Source: Chromera velia (lineage: Eukaryota). From it: a stretch of 56,213 nucleotides of DNA. The translations under genes were made by a program, and so were the position numbers. Positions 1 through 14,519 of this stretch are shown here, piece by piece. Location: assembly GCA_018398765.1 (NCBI GenBank), contig JAHBMJ010000108.1:1-56213 (forward strand). The letters are read 5' to 3'. Every line of letters starts with the position of its first letter. Position 1 is the stretch's first letter. Under the pieces are notes generated by a model that was given only the letters and a program-made list of their open reading frames with translations, made no database searches and was not told the origin of the DNA.

Positions 1-469
1 GGGTCAGTCGGGGGGGGGGGGTTGCATGCTTTGCAGTTTCGCTACTTTGAGGTGCACGTGGGGGGGGGGGGGGTAGACCTGTGCGTCTGTGTGCATGACC
101 ATGAGGCAGTGTGTGTGGTAGATCTGTGTGTCTGTGTGCCCATGAGGCAGTGTGTGTTCAAGACCGAAGGCGTGCATCTGTGTGTGTGAGCGTACATGCC
201 TTTTTTTTTGTGCCTGCATGCACGGACACATCGTGTGTCTGCGTCTGAGCGAGAGTGCATGTAGCGATTGTTGTGCTTCAAGGCTTTTCTGTCAAGGGAC
301 AGGGTGCTCTGTGGGTGCGTGTATGAGTACGTGAGCGTGCGTTCGTGCGTGAGCGCATATCGGCATCTTGGTTCTTTCACGCGCCCGCGCGTTGTGGGGA
401 GAAGGGGGGTTGGATTGGGGCATGGATGTTTGTGCGTGTGCACCTGCGAACGTACATGCCGTGCTTGCG

Positions 470-502
<33 letters not shown>

Positions 503-505
503 GTC

Positions 506-543
<38 letters not shown>

Positions 544-584
544 ATGTCTATACTGTGCATGAACGTGGGTGGGTATGTGTGCAG

Positions 585-1241
585 AAGATTTTGTCTGGGG
601 CCTTCTGTTCCTTCGCGATGCTTGTGGTCGAGTCTGTTCTCTTCATTATCTGGGACGAGAAGAGGCGTTGGAAGAGGGAACGTGCTCGGAGAAAGGAGGA
701 AAGAAAGCGAAAGGCGATGCTTGGGGGAGCTGGCGGGGGAAGTCGCCGTCCTCTTCCTCCTCAGGCTGCCAGTGCTCAGCCGGGCACCGAATCTGTTTTG
801 AAGAAGGGTGGAAGTAGAGAAGAGGGGGCAAATGAAGCCAAGGGAGCACAGGATACTGATGTGAAAGTGGCCAAGGAGGAATTAGAAAGGAGCAGCACAG
901 CGGCTTTGAATGCGGTCGACAAGGAGGCAGATGTGAAGTTTCATGTGCCGGGGTCTTCTCAGCATGAGAGTTTGGGTAGCGCTGTTGCCCCCCCGGAGAG
1001 ACCTGCACACCCTGCGGTGGCGAACCAGAGTTGGTCCCACGCCCATCAAAGTACGGACTTAACGAGCAGCTTGACGGGAAATTTCAGGGAAGCTGGGATT
1101 GGACAGAGCGGGTCTTTGGGGAAAGCGCTGGAGGCTGAGAAGTCGGAAAGCCAAGCCGAGGGACATGAAATGGAGCCCGGCAAAGAAGGCAGCAGTGGAG
1201 GGCTACGGAAGCGTGTTCAGGCCCAATCGCAAACACTTTAG
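585..1241 (+). CDS. 3'-terminal exon of a membrane protein; possibly Vma12/TMEM199-like V-ATPase assembly factor (upstream exons not identified)
   Basis: Acceptor tgtgcag| ends at 584 after a microsatellite-rich intron. Exon reads KILSGAFCSFAMLVVESVLFIIWDEKRR (one TM helix), then a basic coiled stretch and a low-complexity tail to TAG at 1241. The family guess rests only on resemblance of the TM helix. Confidence 0.5.
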   Translation, partial: KILSGAFCSFAMLVVESVLFIIWDEKRRWKRERARRKEERKRKAMLGGAGGGSRRPLPPQAASAQPGTESVLKKGGSREEGANEAKGAQDTDVKVAKEELERSSTAALNAVDKEADVKFHVPGSSQHESLGSAVAPPERPAHPAVANQSWSHAHQSTDLTSSLTGNFREAGIGQSGSLGKALEAEKSESQAEGHEMEPGKEGSSGGLRKRVQAQSQTL

Positions 1242-1789
1242 AGTTTACAGGGATCAATAAAAAGCCAGATACACAAAACTGCTGGATCGAGTCAGGGACT
1301 AATAATCAAGCACTGACAGGTCGTGTTAAAGTCTAGGTTAAAGTAGTAACTCAATATAACTATGACCATGGTACAGACTGTCACCGTACAGTACCGTACA
1401 GTGAAGTCCCAGCTAGAGTTCCTAGTAGTTCCTAGCATGTATACTAATTTTGATACACATGCAGTTATGTGAATATATGTGAATTGAGGTAGTTGAAGCC
1501 AGGGAGCCACCACTTAGGCTCTGGCTAACCACGGGGCATTGCATGCAATGTTTAATTGTTTGTGAAACGCTAGGTGAAACTTTTAAACTTAGGTGGAGAA
1601 GGGATAGAATATATATGCCTAGATATCTAGGCGTAATTTTCAAAAAAAAACTAGAATTTTTTTTTATTATTATTTTCGCTTTTTTTTTTTCTGTTGTCAA
1701 ACTAAAAAATATGTTATTTTAGTGTTGTTGATGTATTACACGAATCAAAAAGTGCTGTTTAAATGTTGTTATACTATTGTTTCTTTGTT

Positions 1790-5505
<3,716 letters not shown>

Positions 5506-7276
5506 GAAAAGCAAAAAAAAAAAAAAATGCCCTGGAGACCTTTTTTTTTTTTTTAATTACCCCTAGCTACATATATGCTCAAACCTAGGCTCAAACAGGC
5601 TTAGCTGGACAATCTGCCAAGAGCTTCGTTCTAGGGGTGGGCACTACTAGTATATAAAGTTTTTTTAATAATATCTTTTGCCTGAAAAACTTCAAACTTT
5701 AATTTTTAAACTTTAAAAGTAAATATTCAACCAGACATGATTCTTGTATTAGATGTGTTGATGGCTTCATGCATAAATTTTTTTTATGTGCAAAGTGGCT
5801 GCATGAATGAAAGAGAATTCCGGGATTCAGCTGTAGCGCAGCCTGCATGGTTAACATAGATACTAAGATCGACAGATAACCCTGAATATGAGAACATCAC
5901 TATACACTCCATGCATTTAGGTACACATATCTATAGATAAATATCATGATATACACAGATTTAACTATCAGTTAACCGTTGTTGCAATTGAATCTGATAT
6001 TGATTCGATCTTATTGAATCGATTTAGGGTAGCCAGTGTGTCTCCTCCGCTTTTCGGACGAGGCGACAAGGCTTAATTCTCGCTCTGCGGCTGTAACGCT
6101 TCCACTTCAAACTGGAACAAATACATGGATCGACAAACAGGGACAGATCGACTGACCGCACGACCCTCGAGCATATGAAGCTCAATGGCACGCATGGATC
6201 AGAATTGGCGAGCAACTCAAGCATTCATTTCGATGGAGATGCAGGATCAAAGAACCAACCGACGCAGACAGGCATGCACCTCGATCGATCCACTCATCAC
6301 GTGCCGCGAACGTCTAAAATTTGAATGACTTGACCACACATGACCGTCATGACGCAAGGAAGAATAAAACACGACTCGACTCCTACACAAAGAGAGCCTC
6401 GACCACACGACAAATTCAAGGTGGGAGCACAAATGTTCTTGCACGTCTAGCTCCTTGAACAACTTTCCATCTTTCCTCGAATCCCTAATGAAGTCTCACC
6501 GATGATCTGTCGAGCTGGTTTGCGTGGGAGCAAGGGAGGCCACAAACAGATTAAGGCCTATACAGTTTGGCTGGCATGCGCGACGATCGAAGAAATCGGC
6601 CGTCTCCGAACGAACAACCCGCAACGAAAAAACACAATCAATACAAGATGAAGCAAAGAATTCAGAGCACACGGGGAAACGTAAAGCCGGGAGAGGTACA
6701 TTGTCAGGACGAGGGCAGGGCAGCATACCGGCTCAACAAATTTGCAAAGGATGCGAACAAAGCCCCCCCTCATCAAAAGAGACATTCAAAGAGATTCATA
6801 TGAGAAAATAACTCAGGTGAGAAGCCGCACACACGCCTTCCGAGAGCACAGCCCCTCTCTCTTCTTTCCTCTCCTCACTGCCATTCCCCTTCTATACGTT
6901 CTCACTCAACCTTCCGTAACAAATGCGTCTCTAAGAAACAAACAAAGAGACAAACAAACAAACAAATAGAGAAACAAACGATCGATCAAGTGCGGCATTT
7001 CGGTCTTTCCTTCCATTTGGTTCACGATGCCCACCAGCTTAGAGACGGACACCAGAAGAAAAGAAAAAGACACCAGAAGTTACACGGCAAACAGAAAGAA
7101 GAAAAATGGGCGGTCGAAATTTCAACCAGACAATTCAAGTCCTTTCTCCTCCCCCACACACTCACAAACGTCCTCTCTTCTCCTCTCCATCCCACCACAC
7201 ACACACACGCACACACACAGTCACAAACAGAGAGGGAGAGAGACACAAGTCCCGACAGGCTGCTTGCTTTCTCTGT

Positions 7277-9442
7277 TTACCACCTCCTTCTGCCCCTCCA
7301 CCCTGCCCTCCAAGCAGGACGAGCCCATCCCCCTCTGTAGATAGGTCTGAAGGGTCTCACTGGGCCCAGGGGGCGCCTCCACCCGTAGGGTCTCAGGAGG
7401 GGGCGGCGCCAGTAGGGACCCCAGAAGGGACGCCAGTAGGGTCGGCCCCAGATCGCACCAGCGACTGCACCAGCGGCGGCGCCATAGGCGGCTCCTGCAA
7501 GCCAGGAGAAGATCGAAGAACGAAGAAGCAATGAGGGAAGGAAAAGATCAATCGATCAATTATTTGTCTGTGACCTCTCGAGGCCTCTTCTTGGCCAGTC
7601 ACCGTTCGAAATTAAATGGCCACACGCATGAAGGAAACCACAAAGCAAGAAACTAACCATGCAGCAGGAGAGAAAAGAAAGGAGGGAACGACGACCCTCA
7701 AATTTTGGTAACAAGAGTACGAGAAAAAATAAGATGGCAGAAAGAGACAAGCTATTGAGCGCAATTGACTGACCTTCGCCACAAGTTCCGTCCTCCGACA
7801 CGGACCCAGCGACACACCCAGCCACTGCACCGGCAGCTGCTCCTCTTCCGGCACCCAGCCTTCTATGCCTCCCCCCTCTCAGGCTCGCATTCGATCTCTT
7901 TTGCTGTCTGACCTGCAGGCGCCTATCCTTGCCCTCATCTCTGTCTTCTCTGCCATTTTCGTCTCTTTTCTCCTGATCATTCTCATTCTTTTCCTCTGAA
8001 GCCTCTCCGTAGTTCTCTCTGTCTTCATAATCACCTCTGTTCTGAGATTCCCGTCTATCTTCATCGTTCTGTCTGCTCTGTCTGTCCTCCTTTTGCTGGC
8101 GTTCGTTGTCGCTGTCCTCTGGGTCATTCTCCTCAGCCAGACGTCTGTTCTGAGAATCCTGATCGTCTCCATAATTCTCTCGGTCTTCATAATCACCTCT
8201 GTTTTGGTCATTCTGAGGCTGCTGTCTATCTCCACCGTCCTGTCTGTTCTGTCTGTCCTGGCTTTGCTGATGTTCGTTGTCATTGTTCTCTTCGTCGTTC
8301 TCCTCATCCAAGTGTCTGTTCGCGGCACCAGTCTGGTCGTTGTGCTGTTCAGCCTGTGCATGTGCCTGTGCGTCGGTGTGGTTCACCACGATGTTGTCCA
8401 GGCTGAAGGCGATGACCTCCAGACCGTCGCGGCCCTCCTGGGCAATCACGCCCCTCGCAGCCCTCTCGCCAGTCTGGTCGTTCGTGGCAGCAGACCAGCA
8501 GACCTGGATGGCCGAGTCAGAGGCCTCCAGCAGGTGGTTGAGGATGAAGGGAATCGTCATGTTCTCAAACTCGGACGGCATCTGCTCCTTGCAGCCGCCA
8601 CTCGCAGCAGTAGAAGATGGGGAGTGGGAAGTGCTCTCATCGTGAGCGGAAGAGGAGGTCAGGTTCACAGGCACGACGGCAGCGTCAGTCACGCGGCCAT
8701 CCACCACTGTGATTCTCTCTGGGCAGAACTGGGTGCCGTTCCTCTCGTATCTGCAATTAAAGGGAGAAGAGGGAGGAAGGAAGGAAAATGAGAGTATGGA
8801 GGAGTTCACAAGACTGGAGTTGCTCTCCTCTTGGTACACCTACACCCAGATCGGTGGTAGCACACACACAAGCACAGAGGCAGGGGCAGAGGCAGAGGCT
8901 CACACCAACAGAAGCACCCCCATACCCTGACTCTTGTAAAAAAATGACCAACAGGAGACATGCCTGCTGACAGACTTCCTCACCCCCCAACCTTAGAAGT
9001 GACTGACGTGAAGACATAGGAGTAGGGCTCTCCAGCAGTGCCGTTCTCGAACTCTTCCAGGTTGATCGTCAGGTAGTCAACCACAGACTGACGGTTCTCG
9101 ACGCCTGCATTCAATTGAGTACACCCCCCGACATCAAGACAAGGGCTGTGGGAGCAACACATGAACAGAGAAAAGGCAACAGAGCACTTCGACCATGACA
9201 AATCCACCTCCCCCCAGAAAGACGATAAGGCATGGACCAAGCATACCAAAAGCTACGAGAAACACGAAAAGACAAAGTGTATGCAGCAGTTTGCAAACAC
9301 GCTCACCTGTAGCGCAAAGATGTTCGAATGACCCGGTGGGGGTGTCGATGTCGAAGGATCGCACGAAGAACTGCCCGAGGGCGCCCCTGCCTCCTGCTAG
9401 TGCAAGCAGAGCTACTACAGCTGCTGCACGATTCATCTTCAA
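7277..9442 (-). CDS. Secreted prepro-protein: signal peptide, folded N-domain, acidic RRL-containing repeats, C-terminal glycine-zipper + Trp/Arg/Pro-rich cationic peptide
   Basis: Exons 9442-9307, 9104-8992, ~8839-7774 (a short intron near 8752-8810 is possible) and 7494-7277, with phase-compatible GT-AG junctions. Signal MKMNRAAAVVALLALAGGRGALG. The N-domain (YSYVF...FCPERITVVDGRV...MTIPFIL) loosely recalls DUF6174 (unverified). Confidence 0.8.
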
Positions 9443-9736
9443 GATCAGATGTCTCCAGTTGAATTTCCCAAGACTGACGCAAGGCTACGATCAGAGGAGA
9501 CGGCAAGTAATGTTCTTGCACAAAAGCAGAAGGCAAACAAACAAACAAACAAACCGCAAGGCTGGCCGGTTCAGCAACCGATGACTGTAAAGGATCAATA
9601 AGGAGAGGGCTGGTGATCAGGAAAATTGATCTTTGACAGACCCGGAATGACCCGGATCGTGCACCGGAAAGCATCGCTCCATCAAAATGGTTTTCCTTCT
9701 CTGATCTTTCGAGGGTCTTCCTTCGCGAGGAATATG

Positions 9737-9826
9737 GGGTCGCGCGGGCCGCGCGGCGTCGCGCGCGGCCGTCGCGCGCGGCCCGGGGCCCGCGCGGCGC
9801 CGCGGCCGTGAAGGATGCATGCGCAT
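9737..9826. promoter_or_regulatory. CG-rich palindromic island plus ATGCATGCGCAT, ~300 bp upstream of the 9442 start
   Basis: gtcgcgcgggccgcgcggcgtcgcgcgcggccgtcgcgcgcggcccggggcccgcgcggcgccgcggccg; similar islands lie upstream of three other genes. Regulatory role is inferred. Confidence 0.5.
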
Positions 9827-10166
9827 GAAAAAGAATCGAAAGGTCAGTCAATTGATTGAATTGAAAGTTCGATCGATCAGGAAGCTACTAAGGTGAGTTG
9901 ACGTGAAAAGGTTCTGGCATGCCTTCAAAGTAGCTCCAACAGTCACACTCTTGCATGCCTTGGGATGGTTGCCAGTGACTGATTCAAATTATTCCAAAGC
10001 AGGCAAGAGCTTTCTGCAGGCGCACTGGCGATTGAATTGCTGAGTCCTTTCTTCGTGCTCGAACAATACGGAGGTTCTTTTCCGGATGTAGGTGGCTGGT
10101 CGTACTTGAAGTCCAACTCTCTGTCCTTCAAGGAGGGGTTTGAGCTGCTCACACACACACACACAG

Positions 10167-10613
10167 GTAGACAGAGCTGGGAGGAGTGGAACCCTTGTCG
10201 ACTACCTCGTTGGCTCCATGGGAGGGGGGGTCACAAAGCCTTGGTGTGGGATGGAAGAGGATCAGGTCCGGTCCCTGTGGAAGGCCCACTTGCAGAGGAA
10301 TACTAGCGTCATGCAGAGGAAACGGGTGGGAGGCGACCGTTTGAAGAGCCTGTGCGAGGAGTTCTTGACTTCTGTCATTGGGGGGAGCGCCGGTGGAGGA
10401 GACGGGAATTCTCAAGGGGGGGGGCTGGATCTGGGACAGATGGTCAAGAGCTCTCTCACGACGACCTGGTTGTCGTTTGGAGACAGGGCTCACGTGGAGG
10501 TATCCTTCATTAGAGGCCATGTGGCTGGTGACATGGTGCGGCGGTTCGTGATGCGGGTGGACATTCCACGGTTGGATCTTCTGGAGTGTACACTGACAGA
10601 GACGGCCCTCTAG
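10167..10613 (+). CDS. Orphan ORF/exon of unknown function (possibly pseudogene fragment)
   Basis: Protein-like reading VDRAGRSGTLVDYLVGSMGG...VDIPRLDLLECTLTETAL* after a possible acceptor acacag|. A donor aag|gtgagt lies at ~9893. No recognisable domain. Confidence 0.3.
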   Translation, partial: VDRAGRSGTLVDYLVGSMGGGVTKPWCGMEEDQVRSLWKAHLQRNTSVMQRKRVGGDRLKSLCEEFLTSVIGGSAGGGDGNSQGGGLDLGQMVKSSLTTTWLSFGDRAHVEVSFIRGHVAGDMVRRFVMRVDIPRLDLLECTLTETAL

Positions 10614-10691
10614 CCTTCCTGGAGTGTACACTGACAGAGACGGCCCTCTAGCCTTCCTGGAGTGTACACTGACAGAGACGGCCCTCTAGCC
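10581..10691. repeat. 38-bp tandem repeat, ~3 copies
   Basis: ctggagtgtacactgacagagacggccctctagccttc starts at 10581, 10619 and 10657 (last copy truncated); no spacers. Confidence 0.95.
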
Positions 10692-12526
10692 ATGAATGAT
10701 CCCGCATGCTGTATCTGGAAGAGGGAGGAGCGGGGCAATGGGTGATGTGAAGTTGATATCAACTTTTTTTGAAAGCGCAGGGGGGGATAGGGGGTGGGGC
10801 GCTTACGGGGATGCTGAATTGTTTGGCGGAATGATCACCTGGAGACAGGGGAGTGTCCAGTTCTGCCTTTTTTGAACAGTTGCAGCTAATATGTAATACA
10901 CAAAATAGTATGAATGCAACATTTCATTTATGTGTGTCAATGAAAAGACCAAATTTTGATTGCAATAATCTAAATTATTCAATAAATATAGCTTAACTGT
11001 AGCCTATACAACATTTATCATCTATATTAGATTCATTGGAATAAATGAACTTTTACATGCATGTATATGGGTTGTTATTCAACTTTTGAAGGTATAGTTT
11101 TGAAGTTTCTTCCGGGTTTCAAAAACTTTAGGGGCGGGAAATCTAAGCTGGTCCACAATGACTCCGCACTTATCTGCACTTAAGTAAGTAAGCATCCACG
11201 TATCTAGTCCACATATTTTATTAGTTGAAAGAAGAAAAAATTAAATTTAATTTGTATTATACTCAGTACTAGTGACTAGTCAGTAGTCAAAAATTAGATA
11301 GGTCATACCAACCGCCAGTGCTGATCAGCTATATAAGTTGATGAACAAATTTTTTGGGGGAAAAAACATATTACTATTTTTTTGTACTACTCTATTGATG
11401 CTAATTACAATGAAAATCAATTAAGAAATCTATAGTGGAATTCAATTATTTTTTAGAAAAAGGTTTTGTTTTGAATCGTTCAAGTGCTTGCAGTACAAAG
11501 GCTACTGCAAAGCACCACAGAGCAATGTTTGACCGATTACGAGTATCACATTGATCGAACAGGCACGTGGACTGTCACACGGTAGTCAGCTGACTCACTG
11601 ACGCTTTGAGTGAGTCTGACACTTGGGGCGTTGCATGAAGAGTCAGAGACGAGAAGTGTTTGCAATTGGCACTCGCCAAAGCAACATTTGCATGAACGGC
11701 ACGTTTGAAGTGCAACGAAGAGCGGTCAAAGGGAAAGATTCCAAGAAATAAAGTTTCGGCGTGCATGGTGCATTTGCAGGCGGAAAGTGGCAAGTAGATA
11801 GTGCGATGTGCATCATCAAACACAAATGGTCATTGCGAGGATCGACACGCTGGTCGATGAATCAATGCAATGAATGATGGTGAGGTAGCACGAAAGGGAG
11901 TTCAGATCCGGATTCGGATCAATCCGGATTTTCTGAAACAAACAAAGGAGATCGAATGAAGAATTGCATGGACCAGTCAGAGCTCGGCCTGCCTGCATCA
12001 GGGTGGTTTTCTTTTCCTCTGCATGTCCTTGCCCACATGGATTCTGTTGAAAGCCAGGAAGAACAACACGAAAACAACTGTTGCATACTGTTTCATATGC
12101 AGGTGTTGCTTGGTTGAGCTTTGAAGAGTGTGGATGAACAAGTGATGACGAAGACATACCATGCAGGTCCTTGCGCGGCTGCCATGAACAAAGTCGGCCA
12201 CACTGTCGGAGGACCTCTCTGTTGGGTCTTTTTCAGGCAGGCTTCAAGAATTAAATTCCTTCTTTTCTTCCTTTCCGATTTCTTTTCGCCTGTCCTTCTT
12301 CCTTCTCCCCCCCCCCCCTCTCTCATCTTGATCGCCGGATATGCACAGCTCCACAGTCGGAGGCATGGCAGGGCTCCGTCAATCCGTGAGTGAACGCTTT
12401 GTGATTCATTTTTCCAAAACGAAAAATCATACCTCAAGGACAAACAAACGCAGTCCGTGTCACACAATGAATTGCTTGCTGTCTCTCTTTCTCTTTCTTC
12501 CTCTTTGGGTCAATTAGTTGTCTGGT

Positions 12527-13891
12527 TTAACCTTTGAAGACCCCGTCCTTGAACAGACCGTCAAACTTCAAACCTTCAGCGAATTTGGACGGGTCAAAGC
12601 CCAAAGCACCCGCCTTGTCCTCGGCAATTTGGGTCTTCTGGTCGACCACCTTCTCTGACTGGTATCCCTTGCTTCCCTTCAGAAGAGCCTGGAGAGCCTT
12701 CTGGGTGCAGGTCTGCTGCAGCTGCTCTCCTAACTTTGAGGCCGTCTCGATGGACTCGGCCACAGGGGTGACGCGGGCACACACGGCAGCAAGGGACTTG
12801 GAGGGGAAGAGGTTGAACCCGACGCCGATGCCGAGGAGAAGGCCGATGAAGCCTCCTTCCCCATCGAGCTCCCCGTTCTGGATCATTCCATTGAGAGTCG
12901 ACTGTGCCGAATCTCCGCCGACGGGTGTGATAACCCCGTTGACCTCTCCGGAGATCTCTCCAGAGAACCCAAATCCGCCAATCAGGAGTCCAATGATGGC
13001 CTGCAATTAATGTGCCCACCCAAAGGCAGAAGATAGAGAGACAGAGCGGATGACACTCACTTCGAGATTGTTCTACAGAACACATTTGGTCCTGTATCGC
13101 ATGCAGAGAAGTTTAGCATATGCATTGAAGAATTGAATGCATTGATCAAGGATTGAATTATTCAGAGAGTGAGTGAAAAGAAAGCTAGGGCACAGAATTC
13201 ACAAGAAAAGCGGATCGGATTCTGCAAATGCGGCGCGGTCATTGCACTCTTTTGCGGAGAGCGGCATCCCCCCCGTGATGGGTGCAGGGGCCTTGCATTG
13301 TGCTGGAAGGAACATTCGATCGTTGCATGCAGGCACATGAATTTGTTTTCATACAGTATATTAATAAATTCTGTATGTATGAAAATATTAATTCTGTATG
13401 AAAATAAATGCATGGGCCTCGCATCGTGCTGGAAGGAACATTCGATCGTTGTATGTAGGCACACTCCCTAGCTCCACTCACAAAAGGAGAGTTCAACTGA
13501 CGGTGAAGGTTGGGTCGACGCAGACCATGCTTCCGTACGGAGAGGAGGCAGGTGTGAATCCTCCAGACCCGAGTCCGATCATCGCAATGACGTCAGAGAT
13601 GAAGGTGCCGCTGCCGGGGGGGGTGGACTGGAGACGGCGGCGGACATTGCTGATAGCGTCCTCGATGGCCTCGATGTCGAGCTCGAGGGGGATACCGTAG
13701 TTGAGGGTGCAGTCGAGGACAAAGGTTTCCCTCTTGACCAGCTGCATACATAAATATTCATTCAAGGGCGTAATAAGCTCAGATCGGATTTGGTATACAT
13801 GCGCAGGTGTTTGTGGTTCCTGTTGAAGTTCAGTGTCTCATTCCTTCCCCAGGTCGTTGATTGCATCGCAAAAAAAAGAAAAGTAGCTTCA

Positions 13892-13923
<32 letters not shown>

Positions 13924-13936
13924 CAGACAGAAAGAA

Positions 13937-13968
<32 letters not shown>

Positions 13969-14448
13969 AATTGACATAACAGGAATATGAGACACGCACG
14001 CGAGAACTTAATTGAAGTCTCCCAGTATGATCTCAGCAAAATCGATCGAAAGGCATTCATCATCTCATCCTCGGCTTTTTCTTTTTCTTTCTAGCTCCTC
14101 ACCTCAGCCAGACTCGTGAGGACGTTCTCGGCAAGGGCGAGGTCAGGAGTTCCGTCGCATGCGTCCACGAAGTCAACCTCCTGGGTGTCGCCTTCAGGGA
14201 TGGCATCAGACCTCACGAGGGTTTCAACCTGCAGAAGCGGAGAAAGGAAGAAACATGTCCAGGAATGCAAGCAATTGATGCACACACTACAGCTGGTGCC
14301 TGGCCAGCACCGGTGGACAGGTGGATGGATGGATGCATGTACGGAGAGAAAGATCTTCCATCGTCAGACAAGGATGCGAACAAAGATGCAAATAGAAAGA
14401 GAAGAAGGAGAAGGAGACCGTGCAAAAGAGTTTTTTACTCGGCTCCTT

Positions 14449-14519
<71 letters not shown>

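Noticed and set aside
6000..7270. Short ORFs downstream of the prepropeptide gene (and 11500-12500)
   Set aside because: No motifs or consistent splice structure; more simply explained as 3' UTR or intergenic DNA.
10581..10691. 38-bp repeats as a CRISPR array
   Set aside because: Head-to-tail copies with no unique spacers, no cas genes, and a eukaryotic context.
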